The position numbers and the translations under genes are program-made. From assembly GCF_009914755.1 (NCBI RefSeq), contig NC_060947.1: a DNA stretch of 64,000 nt; one strand, given 5' to 3'. Below the pieces are notes generated by a model. It saw only the letters and a list, made by a program, of their open reading frames with translations, was not told where the DNA came from and searched no databases. This stretch comes from the human T2T-CHM13v2.0 reference genome, Homo sapiens. Positions 1-14,809 of this stretch are shown piece by piece (the stretch's first letter is position 1; the number at the start of each line of letters is the position of its first letter).

Positions 1-1252
1 TCAAGGTTTTTAGCTTCCTTATGATGGGTTTGAACATGCTCCTTTAGCTTGGAGAAGTTTGCTATTACCGACCTTCTGAAGCCTACTTCTGTCAACTCAT
101 CAAAGTCATCCTCCTTCCAGCTTTGTTCCATTGCTGTCAAGGAGCTGCAATCCTTTGGAGGAGAAGAGTCGCTCTGGTTTTTAGAATGTCCAGCTTTTCT
201 GACCTTGTTTCTCCCTGTCTTTGTGGTTTTATCTACCTTTGGTCTTTGATGTTGGTGACCTACAGATGGGGCTTTGGTGTAGATGTCCTTTTTGTTTATG
301 TTGATGCTATTTCTTTCTCTATGTTAGTTTTCCTTCTAACACTCAGGCCCCTTTTCTGCAGGTCTGCTGGAGTTTGCTAGAGGTCCTCTCTAGACCTTGT
401 TTTCCTGGGTATCACCAGCAGAGGCTGCAGAACAGCGAATATTGCAGAATGGCAAATATTGCTGCCTGATCCTTCCTCTGGAAGCTTTGTCCCAGAGGGG
501 CACCTGCCTATATGAGGTGTCTGTCGGACCCTACTGGGAGGTGTCTCCCAGTTAGGCTACATGGGGGTCAGGGACCCACTTGAGGAGGCAGTCTGTACAT
601 TCTTAGAGCTCAAACGCCATGCTGGGAGAATGACTGCCCTCTTCAGAGCTGTCAGACAGGGATGTTTAAGTCTGCAGAAGTTGTCTGCTGCCTTTTGTTC
701 AGCTATGCCCTGCCCACAGAGGTGGAGTCTATAGAGGCAGTAGGCCTTGCTGAGCAGTGGTGGGCTCTGCCAGTTTGAGCTTCCTGGCCACTTTGTTTAC
801 CTACTTAAGCCACAGCAATGGCAGACACCCCTCCCCCAGCCAGGCTGCCACCTCGCAGTTCAATCTCAGACTGCTGAGCTAGTAGTGAACAAGGCTCCGT
901 GGGCATGGGACCCACTGAGCCAGGCACGGGAGAGAATCTCCTTGTTTGCCAGTTGCTAAGACCTTGGGAAAAGCGCAGTATTTGGGCAGGAGTGTCCCAT
1001 TTTTCCAGGTACAGTCTGTCATGGCTTCCCTTGACTAGGAAAGGGAAATTCCCTGACCCCTTGTGCTTCCCGGGTGAGGCAACGCCCCACCCTGCTTTGG
1101 CTCACCCTCCCATGGGCTGCACCCACTGTCCAACCAGTCCCAATGACTTGAACCAGGTACCTCAGTTGGAAATGCAGAAATCACCCGTCTTCTGTGTCGA
1201 TCACGCTGGGAGCTGCAGACTGGAGCTGTTCCTATTCAACCATCTTGGGATG
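1..1252 (-). mobile_element. L1PA (about PA7/PA8-like) 5' UTR and start of ORF1; element continues off the left edge
   Basis: Minus strand begins CAAGATGGTTGAATAGGAACAGCTCC (L1 5' terminus, YY1 site altered), followed by a typical L1PA 5' UTR. The ORF1 N-terminal region lies at 1-218 with the ATG position reading ACA (216-218). Confidence 0.93.
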
Positions 1253-1378
1253 GAAGCCAAACTTTATTTTATTTTTAAAACTGTAGAAGCTTTGTCTCTT
1301 TTCCTAAGTCAGTTAACTGTACTTTATAAAAAGTATTTTTTATCTACCTTTGTAATTCATCAAAATAAAATACATTGA
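818..1378 (+). pseudogene. L1 antisense ORF0 homolog, interrupted by TGA at 875-877, with a C-terminal read-through extension
   Basis: ATG818 gives MADTPPPARLPPRSSISDC*. The same frame continues as ASSEQGSVGMGPTEPG...EKRSIWAGVSHFSR, colinear with L1HS ORF0 as I recall it (MAGAPPPASLPPCSLISDCC...EKRNIRVGVTRFSR). Confidence 0.75.
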
Positions 1379-1589
1379 AAGAAAAAAATTTGCAATGTAT
1401 CTTTCTTGAGAACACCAACTATCACTGTTTTTGCTAATCTATGTGCTCAGCATATCACATTTAATATTTGTTGAATTAAGGAATGAGGGTCAGGTAATTA
1501 AGTAACTTTTCCATGGTCACTCAGCTTTGGGAAACCCTACTTTTGAATTTACTGTTTATACTATCTTAGGTCTGCTAAAATTATGGGGC

Positions 1590-1800
1590 TGGTGGAGCCA
1601 TCTTACAATAACAAGGAGTCAAACAAGAGAAAAAAGTCAAATGAGTACATGACGCTGGCTTGAAAATCATCAAGTTTCTGGATTAAGGACAGCAGCCATA
1701 TTTATTCAGAATTTCTGTTATAAGAGAAAGATATATCCCATCTTTGTTTAAGCTGTTATAAGACAGGTTTTATGTTATTGCAGCTTAAAGTATCTGATAG
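1590..1800 (+). mobile_element. Old MaLR (MLT1-type) LTR fragment
   Basis: The end CTTTGTTTAAGCTG...GTTATTGCAGCTTAAAGTATCTGATA resembles an MLT1 3' end; heavily decayed. Confidence 0.45.
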
Positions 1801-3239
1801 ATTCTCTTCTGCTCATGAGAGCCACAGCCCTTGTTTTGCTGCTCCTCGTGTGGACAGGAGTCTGGAACACTGGTTTAGAATAGCCATGCACTAGAAGTCC
1901 TGTGTAGTCAGGAAAAAAATCTGTTCCACATGACAATTAGGGATATAGAGGGTTCTTTGCTGTATGTGCTTCTAAGATTGGGAGGCAAGGAGGAAGGAAG
2001 GAAGGGACAGGGATATTTTAGAGCAAAGTTTAGGACTCAGCTCTAAAGACTGTGAGACTTAGATATCCCCAATCTATTCTAAAGTCTTTCAATGTGACCC
2101 TGGATTTACAAAGCATTTACCTAAGAGAGAAGCCCAGAGGAGTATGGAGAAAAAGAGATCTGAGGGAGATAAACATAAGAAGATGCAAAATTTACCTGAA
2201 AATGAGGAATTCACTTTCAAGTTGAGTGGCTGGATGGGTGAGGGTGCCAACTGGGGTTGAAGCCATGAGGAACAATGTCATGATGCAGGTCAGCCATGGA
2301 GGGGAGCCGTTGGGCAGAACAAGAAGGTTTCCCATGGCACCCAAGACCCATAAAACCTAAGTCAATTGCATGTGTGAGATATGTCTATGTGCATGTGCAA
2401 AGTACCTTAAGGACTGACTGCCCCTGGAACTGTTACAGATTCTCAAAGGGGTCTGGCACCTCCCAAAAATGGTGGAGACCCTCTTATGATCTGGTAAACC
2501 TGAGGGACTTTGGAAAGCAGGTGAGCAGTCATTTCAGCCCTGAGTTTAGGCTGCACAGACATTAAAAACATTTGAGAAAACTATCAAGGCTCATTTATGG
2601 AACAAATACCAGTCACAGATGGTTGTAGCTTTTTGGTGTACCTGAAATTGTGGATTCCTATCCTGATCTTACACTTATATCTCTTGAACATTGAGTTTAT
2701 GTCTGCAGAGTGCTGAATATGTTACTAGATATTAGTTGTGACTGCTTCTGCCTCCTGTTTTAGAGAGGATTGGGGGTGTTCAGGGCTCCCTCCTCTATTT
2801 CTGTGGTTAATAGAGTGCTGAATATGTCACACAGAGAGAGCTCACATGGGTTCAGAGAACCACAGGTTGAGAGAAGACCTTAAACAGGCAGTCTCCAGTT
2901 TTCCAGATGAATAAATGGAGGCCCAAAATTGTTATGACGCTAACTTAGTGAGAACCAATAATTTGTTTTTCTGCAATGCCAAGCCTGTGTCCCATTCCGC
3001 GTCTCCAGACAGGAAGGGATCCCTATTTAGTGTTTTCTAAAAGGCCCCTTATATGGTTGCACCAACCGATGGTTGTCAGAAGTTTTAAGTGCCATTTTAG
3101 GATCATCAACACCCACGTCCTTGCAAGAGACCCCCTTGGGAGGCAGCAGTGATAGAAATCAGTCATTTAGCTGGGAGAAGATAGGTTGGCAATGCAGTCA
3201 TTTGGAAAGCCATGTAATTTCACCTGCTGCCAATTGGAT

Positions 3240-4207
3240 AATTTATATTCCTCTGGGTATATAACCAGTATGGGATTGCTGGTCTAATGGTAGTTCTGCT
3301 TTTACCTCTTTGGGGAATTGCCATACTGCTTTCCACAATGGTTGAACTAATTCACACTGTTCATGTCCTTTGCCCTCTTTTTAATGAGGTGGTTTCTTTT
3401 TTCTTGTAAATTTGTTTAAGTTCCTTATAGATGCTGGATATTAGTCTTTTGTCAGATACATGATTTGCAAAAATTTTATCTCATTCTGTAGGTTGTCTGT
3501 TTACTCTGATGATGGTTTCTTTTGCTGTGCAGAAGCTCTTTAGTTTAATTAGATCCCATTTGTCAATTTTTGCTTTTCTTGCAATTGTATTTTGTGTCTT
3601 CATCATGAAATCTTTGACTGTTACCCTGTCCAGGATGGTATTGCCTAGGTTTTCTTCCATGATTTTTATAATTTTGCATTTTACATGTAAATCCTTAATC
3701 CATCTCGAGTTAATTTTTGTATATGGTGTAAGGACGGGGCTTCAATCTTGTGCATATGGCTAGCCAGTTATCCCAACACGATTTATTGAATAGGCAGCCC
3801 TTTCTCCATTGCTTGTTTTTGTCAGCTTTGTTGAAGATCAGATAGTTGTATGTGTACAGCCTTATTTCTGGGCTCTCTATTCTGTTCCATTAGTCTATGT
3901 GTCTGTTTTGGTACCAGTACTATGCTGTTTTGGTGACTCTAGCCCTGTAGTCTAGTTTGAAGTCAGATAGCATGATGCCTCCAGCTTTGTTCTTTTTGCT
4001 TAGGATTGCCTTGACTCTTTTGGTTCTATATGAATTTTAAAATAGTTTTTTTTTTTTCTAGTGTTGTGAAGAATGTCATTGGTAGTCTAATAGGAATGGC
4101 ATTGAATCTATAAATTGTTTTGGGCAGTATGGCCATTTCAATGACATTTATTCTTCCTATCCATGAGCATGAAATATTTTTCTGTTTAAGTCATCTCTGA
4201 TTTCTTT
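3240..4207 (-). mobile_element. Older L1P ORF2 3' fragment, truncated at both ends, with an internal deletion of about 205 bp
   Basis: Colinear with the neighbouring L1 (about 4710-5880), but the segment equivalent to 4826-5030 is missing at about 3357. No 3' UTR or polyA is present. Confidence 0.88.
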
Positions 4208-4217
4208 TTTTCACTCC

Positions 4218-7527
<3,310 letters not shown>

Positions 7528-8065
7528 TCTTCACTCTCTTTTAAACGCTGCTCTTAGTTCTGTGGTTGGGACTTGCCAGATAAATAACTTTATGACTATA
7601 AGCTTCTCAGAAAGGATTGTGATTAATTTTGGTAGTTTATAGAATAGATTTCTAGTATTTTTATTTCCTCTTTTCTACCATTTAATTAAGTTAGTCCATA
7701 AAGCTTCTGAGAGGTATGTTTTATTGGTGAGGGGGAGCTCTTCAACATTTATTACAGTGATACATGTATTCAGTCAAAGCTTAATAAATGATAGTTGAGT
7801 AGTCAGATTTAATCCTGAATTCTAGTAATGTGTCCATTCCCTTCTTTTCCCTGACTTCTTAGTTATGTGTAAATTTTGAAAAATAATGTGACCAGTACTT
7901 GCTTAGAATCTTCAAGAGGAGTTTGAATAGGGATGTTTTAGTTTCTTTGCATTTTGTCTCCATTTTTGACATTCCAGGACTAACAAATATTCTCTTAGAG
8001 ACCCAGGCAGAGTACTTTCTTCTTGCTGTTTCTCATGCTCTTTCTGGGAATGTCCACGCCTTCCC

Positions 8066-8378
8066 TTTTTTTTTTTTTTTTTTTTTTTTTTGAGATGGAG
8101 TGTCACTCTGTCGCCCGGGCTGGAGTGCAGTGGCACAATCTCGGGTCACTGTAAGCTCCGCCTCACGGGTTCATGCCATTCTCCTGCCTCAGCCTCCTGA
8201 GTAGCTGGGACTACAGGCGCCCGCCACCATGCCCGGCTAATTTTTTTTTGTATGTTTTTTAGTAGAGACGGGGTTTCACCGTGTTAACCAGGATGGTCTC
8301 GATCTCCTGACCTTGTGATCCGCCTGCCTCGGCCTCCCAAAGTGCTGGGATTACAGGCGTGAGCCAAAGCGCCCGGCC
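8066..8378 (-). mobile_element. AluY with 15-bp TSD
   Basis: Full dimer with AluY-type positions (CCATTCTCC, CCGTGTT..CCAGGATGG). TSD TGTCCACGCCTTCCC (8051-8065) / TGACCACGCCTTCCT (8379-8393). Confidence 0.95.
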
Positions 8379-8399
8379 TGACCACGCCTTCCTATGCAC

Positions 8400-9258
8400 C
8401 AGGGCCAGTACTGACTAATATGTTTGGCTTTATATCAGTTGATTTTGCAAATGGTAGGGAATTTGTCAGGTCATAATGGGAAAAGACATAGGTGGAGTCT
8501 TGTGCAGGCCTCCTTATGCTCGTACCTCCTGTACAGGCCTCCTTATGTTCATACCTCCTGTGAGCGGTCACGTAGAACATCCTCTTCTTCCAGCAACAAA
8601 AATGCAGCAATGTGTGTGATGTTTCTGCCTGAGGGAATCACTTTCTGACTCAGTTTAGGGTTTCTACTGGAGTTGGCAGCATGAGCACCTTCTGACTATC
8701 GTGTACCAGAAATTCAGATGCCCAGAAGGATAGCAGGTGCTCAGAATAAACCATATTGTTTGCACAAACAGTTCAGGGACAGTAAACACCCTTGTCAATT
8801 GGGGAATGTTAAGAACCCACCTCCCCCCCGCCACAGCCCCCTCCCAGATCTAAGCTCTCAGAAAGCAGTCATGGGCAAAGCTTACAAGCAGGCCTTTTTT
8901 TTTTTTTTTAATTATACTTTAAGTCCTGGGATACATGTGCAGAACGTGCAGGTTTGTTACATAGGTATACACGTTCCATGGTGGTTTGCTGCACCCATTA
9001 ACCCGTCATCTACACTAGGTATTTCTCCTAATGCTGTCCCTCCCGCCACCCCCAACCCCTCCACAGGTCCCAGTGTGTGATGTTCCCCTCCCGGTGTTCA
9101 TGTGTTCTCATTGTTCAACTCCCACTTCTGACTAAGAACATGCGGTGTTTGGTTTTCTGTTCCTGTGTTAGTTTGCTGAGAATGATGCTTTCCAGCTTCA
9201 TCCATGTCCCTACAAGCAGGCCTTTCTAAGGCTTGCCATGTTCACTCTTTTCTGCATA
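8400..9258 (-). mobile_element. ERVL-class solo LTR of the MER21/MER68/MER77 group (MER77-like), split by an L1 insertion; left boundary uncertain
   Basis: CAAGCAGGCCTTTCTAAG...ACTCTTTTCTGCATA and AGCAGGTGCTCAGAATAAACCATATTGTTTGCACAAACAG are reverse-complement homologs of the LTR starting at 30421. Confidence 0.7.
8898..9210 (-). mobile_element. Short 5'-truncated L1PA7/8-like 3' end (about 310 bp) with perfect 15-bp TSD
   Basis: PolyT followed by ATTATACTTTAAGTCCTGGGATACATGTGCAGAACGTG. TSD TACAAGCAGGCCTTT at 8883-8897 and 9211-9225. Confidence 0.95.
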
Positions 9259-9399
9259 GGAGAGTTGGCTTAGACCTCAGAAAATGGAAACAGAATTACT
9301 ACGGAACCTGATGGGATAGAATGATGAGGTGAAACCGACAAGGTGAAGCCTATTAAGGGAAAACAAGAGCCTTGCATTAAAGTCTGAAAGATTGATCAC

Positions 9400-10272
9400 T
9401 AGTACCGGATGGAGGAGACACAGCTTGACAGTAACTAATGTGGAAAACACCCAGGTGGGTTTGTTCCTTATTATGAATTAACAATCTTAACTGAGTCATT
9501 GGAAAACTAATGGAAACTTATTCTAAATTAGTGGGAATGTCATGCCCAGATCAATGGAGGTAGAACTCCCATGGTATTCTGAAATGGTCAAACATCATTT
9601 GGACAGATGTATGTGTTTCTAAGGTCCTTATCCTAATAGAGATATGAATAAATAAGAAACATGCAGTGGGCAGTGTGAGTTTCAAGGCTGACACTGAAAG
9701 AGGAGCAGTCTTAGAATTTTCTTTTTTTAATTTTTAATTTTAATTTTATTTTAATATACACCTACATAGTAGGTGTATATATGTATGAGCCACATGAGAT
9801 GTTTTGATACAGGCATGCAATGGGTAATAATCACATCATGTAAAATCGGGTATCCATCTCCTCAAGCATTTAACTTTTCTGTTAGAAACAATCCAATTAT
9901 ACCCTTTTAGTTATTTGTAAATGTACAATTAAATTATTATTGAGTATAGTCACCCCGTCATGCTATCAAATACTCGGTCTTATTTATTCTTTCTGCCTAT
10001 TATTTTTTGAGGTTTTGAAAACTTTATAAATGAGTCATAGCTATTCTCTTTTGCTCTATTTGAGCAGATCTGGGGCCAATGGTAGCAGCTTTGGGGAGAC
10101 AGATACAGAGTCAATATAAAAAGCAATTGAATTAGCTGACTTTGGCAGGAAGGCGTTCTCCAGTACTGGAAGTATTCGTGCTGCTGGATGAACATTTATC
10201 TGTAGACTGGATGAGACATTGAACCTGAAGACCTGAAGATTCTTTCTATACTCTAGAATCCTTGACTCTATG
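9400..10272 (+). mobile_element. Ancient CR1/L3 3' remnant interrupted by an L1MA 3' end
   Basis: CCCAGATCAATGGAGGTAGAACTCCC...GGTCAAACATCATTTGGA resembles L3. An L3/MIR3-like terminus ...CTCTAGAATCCTTGACTCTATG lies at about 10250-10272. Confidence 0.45.
9720..10008 (-). mobile_element. L1MA (about MA1-MA3) 3' end fragment
   Basis: Reverse-complement homolog of the L1MA 3' end at 26300-26557 (CATGAGATGTTTTGATACAGGCATGCAATG...). Confidence 0.88.
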
Positions 10273-10808
10273 GTTAAGGTAATTTAGACATTTTCTGTTG
10301 TGCCTATGGCTTAAACACTGTTCAATGAATAGTCAAAGTCCAACAAGAGTAATCTTTGTCCAGAGTCTTTGATTTTTATTCTGAGTGTTACAGCAGAAAC
10401 AATCAAAACGCTCACGAGCACTATGGGCTCATTCTGTAACATTTCCTTATACAGATGGCCCCTAAATTTGGAGACAAAACCTTTCACATTGGTGATACTC
10501 ATGCTTGGAATTTCCACATTCAAAAAAAATCTTAAAGGATTATGTGGCAAATATCAAAATAGTACCTCAAGGAAGGACACTGTTAAATTTAGGTGTGATT
10601 TCAGGGGACATCAGCAAGTTCCTTAGTCCCAATTGACCAGAACTCCTTGGATAAAACCATCAAAACATTTTCTTGTGGAAATTGAAAATGAGTTGACTTT
10701 CAGAAGTCCCTATTGAAAAAAAGTGTCCTCTAGGGGAGGTAATGCTTCAGAGAATATGATGTAAACCAGGTGTTTCTAAACTTTTTGTATCACATATATT
10801 ATCAGCAG

Positions 10809-10882
10809 ATATATGTGTGTGTATATATATATATATATATACACACACATATATACACACACATTTACATACACACACACAT
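10809..10882. repeat. Compound (GT)4(AT)9(AC)4 microsatellite forming a 46-bp perfect palindrome (10809-10854)
   Basis: Read directly from the sequence. Confidence 0.95.
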
Positions 10883-10939
10883 GTATTTGAGTATGTAACC
10901 CCAATATGTGTCTATGCATTTATTTACATATATTCACAA

Positions 10940-11850
10940 CTCTCTTGACTCCCTCTTATTAAAATGTACTTCCTTAAAACAGTTACAACTCTAATCACTC
11001 TAGCTCTCTGCCTACTCTGCAGCTGTGCCCTGCTACTGCATTTGACTGGAGAAAAATCCATAACCATATAGATAGGTCTCTCTTTAAATTCATGCTGCAA
11101 ACCTCAAACGGGCTCTTCATGTAGCTGGTCTATCAGACTGTTCTTCTCTGATCTATTCATGCTCCTCTAAGTGTATTTCATACTTTAGTGTGCTATAAAC
11201 CACTTGGGGATGTTAGTAAATACAATTTCTGATGCTGCTGTGGACCCTGAGAACCTGCATTTCTAACAAGCTTCCAGGTGATGCTGACACTGCTGGCCCC
11301 TGAGTAACAAGTTCCTGGATGACTGTTTTATACCTTGGCATCTCTGTTCAAACATTTAACACCTCCTCCCTCATCGCTATTCTCAGCTACTGTCCTGATT
11401 CCTACAGCATTGAGAAAGCCTAAGTAATCAGAAGAGGACTTCACAGTCTCCATGTTATCTACACACCTACCAGTTTTTGGACTCGTATACTCTGCCCTTC
11501 CACCTGTTAATAAACATTCAAACAGAACTTGCCTAAAAGTAAACTTCTGATGCTGTCACTAAAATCTCTTCCATGTCCCGTGCACCCATTTCAGTGGATG
11601 GCACTGTCGCTCTTCCAGTCACTCAAGTAAGAAGCCTTGAGAAAATCTTCTTCATGTTTCTTTCTTCATGCCCTATATTCAACCTCTTACCTTTACCTTC
11701 AACATAGATCCACAATCTGACCACTTCTCACCAACTCCACTGTTACCACCTGCTCCAAGTTGCCTGGATCACCAAAATCAGCTGCTAAATAGCCTCCCTG
11801 CTCCTATCCTTGCCCTCTTAGGGTCTATTGTCAACCAGCATGAGAGCAAT
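10940..11850 (+). mobile_element. L2 fragments with a MER5-like hAT insertion (about 11190-11315)
   Basis: L2-like CAGTGGATGGCACTGTC...CAGTCACTCAAG and TCTGACCACTTCTCACC. MER5-like CTGCATTTCTAACAAGCTTCCAGGTGATGCTGA. Confidence 0.6.
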
Positions 11851-11861
11851 ATTGGTTGTTG

Positions 11862-12578
11862 TACCATATGCTATTGAGTCTAAGATGCCTTTATTTGTAT
11901 GATGCAGACTTATTGTACGCGTAAGTGACATTGTCATGAAATAAACTATGACATTGTGCCTTAATAATAGTCTTGTGCAAAGCATCATTTAATCCCACCA
12001 GATTCTGTCTGCTTTGAAAATGCTTTCATCAATACCAGGATATTTTTTAACTGTGTCTAGATGCATTCTTTGATTCATTGATAGGCAATCTTAGCACACA
12101 TATATCAGGAACAAAAGAAAACACAAGTCCATCTACTTGTGGATCTATTTTTTTAGACTTTTAAAGCACTTAGTTGCTTGTTGCTTTCCACGAAATTATG
12201 GGTTTTTAATCATACCTCCAACGAGGAACATTCCCTTCACTAGTATCAGATTCATACCCTACTGCTCTGTTTCACTGCCTTTCTGTTTCACCTTAACTTT
12301 CATTTTAATACCAAATTGTTGTATAATTTTTTGGATGACATTTCATAAAGCAAATAAAATCAACAGGTGTAGTACTGATTATGCACAGAATTTGACTGAA
12401 GGGAAGAAATAAGAACCTCCCTGAACAAGTTCCTCTGTGCCCAGGCAATAACAGCTATGTCTAAACTAATACATGACAAACAACAATTTTAAGACAGTTT
12501 CTAGGAAGATAATCCCAGCAACCTCAATCTAAGATGTGCAAAATTTAGAAAAATTGTGTCTTGTAAGAGGTAAAGGTC
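11862..12578. mobile_element. Tc1/mariner-like DNA transposon relic (MARNA-like)
   Basis: Decayed TIR-like ends TACCATATGCTATTGAGTCTAAGATGC ... TGTGTCTTGTAAGAGGTAAAGGT. L2 sequence resumes afterwards. Confidence 0.4.
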
Positions 12579-13224
12579 GATAAGTCAGGTCATGTCACAC
12601 CCTCCAGGGCTCCCTATTGAACTTGCCAGAGTCCTTTTCATGTCCTACAAAGTGCCATATTCACTCTCTGTCCCCACCTGCAGCAACTATGCCTTCGTCA
12701 CAGAGGAGTTTTGTCATTTGAATCGCCAGGGAGTATTTTAAATCTAGTCAAGAGCATACACCTTGTTTGGATTTCTGTGATGTATTCATGTGCCTCACCA
12801 CTCTACACAGAGTCAAGCTAGTTCCAGCTTTCCCAGTGTAAGGGATAGCTTCCAGGAATTCTCTTGCCCACTGTGCTGATGTGAGAATGCAAGGCCTACA
12901 GTGTTTGATGAAAAGAACATGTGCTATGGCTCTTGCACCTGGAAGTATGTAGATAGCTAGAGGGAGGGAGGCAATCATTGAAGTGTATAGGGCCAGGAGC
13001 CAGTCTCTGGGAATATCTTCTAATCACCGGACATATAAAATCATGAACAGAGTGGTTGATCCACATCAACGCTTGCCTAAACAGAAGTTCTGTCCTGTAA
13101 GAAACACACGGGAAAGGCAGCACATCCAATTAAACACTGCACCATACTTCAGGACTTTTGAGGTTTTCTATTTTTTCAGCTTTGTAAAGTGTGTAATTTG
13201 TCGCCATTTCTTTCGTCATTCTAC

Positions 13225-13330
13225 TTAAATATGCACCTAATTTTGTGTTTGTACATTTTAATTCTTTCTCTTAAAGAGAAGCCTGAAATTGTGCAAGCCT
13301 CAGGCCCTCCAAAGCTTGAATAAGCTCTGC
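13225..13330 (-). mobile_element. MER53-like hAT fragment
   Basis: CCTAATTTTGTGTTTGTACATTTTAATTCTTTCTCTTAAAGAG...AAGCCTCAGGCCCTCCAAAG. Confidence 0.5.
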
Positions 13331-14809
13331 TCTGATATTTGTACCACAGCCCTATCTCCCCCGACTCCACCTCGTCCCCGGACACACATGCCCTTAGCTC
13401 CAGCCACATGGCCTCCCTGCTGTTCCCCAGCCAGTTTTCACTGGAGCTTGAGATGTATAAAGAGGTTGGTAGAGATGGGAGCTGGAGAGCTATCTCTATG
13501 TGGTTGTGAGCCTATGATGAAGGTCTTGCTTGTGCAGCAGAGGGAGAAGCTGACCCTTTATTCTGTAATTTGGGAGGTGTTGAAAGGTTTTAATCCAGGG
13601 AGTGAAATTTTAACATACGCTGGCCTCTGCACTGGTGATTGCATTTGTCTGGAGCCCTCGTCATCCAGACATCTACATTGCTTGCTTCCTCTCCTCCCTT
13701 TTGGAAAGACTTTTCCTAGAATTTACTTTGTTTTAATTTTCTCTTTACTATAGTATTTTTTACGTCGTAAGGTAGATAGATAGGTGGGTAAACTGATTGA
13801 TAGATACTATCAATATATAACCATGCTATTGTGCTTAGAGTTTATTGCCTGTCTCTCCACTAGAAGGTATACAATAAATACTAAGTGAATGAAACTCTCT
13901 TCATATCAAAATCTGTAAATTAGTCACTTATGTAACATAGAGATATTTACTCTTCTAACCAAAAGTGAAAACAATTTCTTCTTGGCCCTAAAGGGAACCC
14001 TTCACTATGCTTTGAAGAAATTTAACGTCAACATGATAGTCTGAGCCCAGGAATATTCAAGTGTGAAGAAAATGTGAATCTTCAATTGAAAAGCCCACAG
14101 GGAAATATTGCAGTATTCAGTTGTAGTCAGTGGTTGCAGATTCCTACTGCCAGAAAATGGCAGCAGGATTTTTACAGTTGAATGACTGCATGAAAATAAG
14201 CACAAGCTGCCTTTTACAGGGAGCTTCTCAGAAGCATAGCTCTGACTTCAGGAAACCACAGTATCCATACTATCTTGGTCCTTATCTACAACAATGAGGA
14301 AAATGAGTACAGCAGAAAGTGTGGAATGCTATGAGCATTAAGCCAGGCATTTGAAATGATTGTTTATTAACTTCTCTCTGTTCTGGATTTTTTGGGGTTT
14401 TATTTTTCCTGACTGAGAAGTGGGATCACTTTTCTACATCTTCATGGCACAGTTGCATCAAGGGCTACCTTTCCACTTCAGTGTGGGAGGAGATGGCAAC
14501 AGGACCCTCACAGATGTTCATTTGGCTTAAGTCTCAGATGTTCACACTTCAGGAAAAGCCTTCCTCCTTGTCTTCAGCAAAGTTACAGTTAATGTCTATG
14601 TCTCTTTTGTTGGCTTGGCTGCCTGCTGCTTCAGGCAACTTCTGCCACTGTGTGAAAGGCTGGATGAGAGGCCATGTTTCTTTTTTTGCTGAAACAAAAG
14701 AAAGATTCAGGCACAATGCTTTCACCTTGGCTCAGCATGTAGACCGAGTGCACCTACATATTTCACATAGATATTCTGTGGAAACTTTCTTTTCAAGAGC
14801 AAGCATCTC

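Noticed and set aside
10722-10740. CTCF-like TGTCCTCTAGGGGAGG (also about 3131-3147)
   Set aside because: Only a partial match to the core; cannot be supported without a PWM scan or ChIP data.
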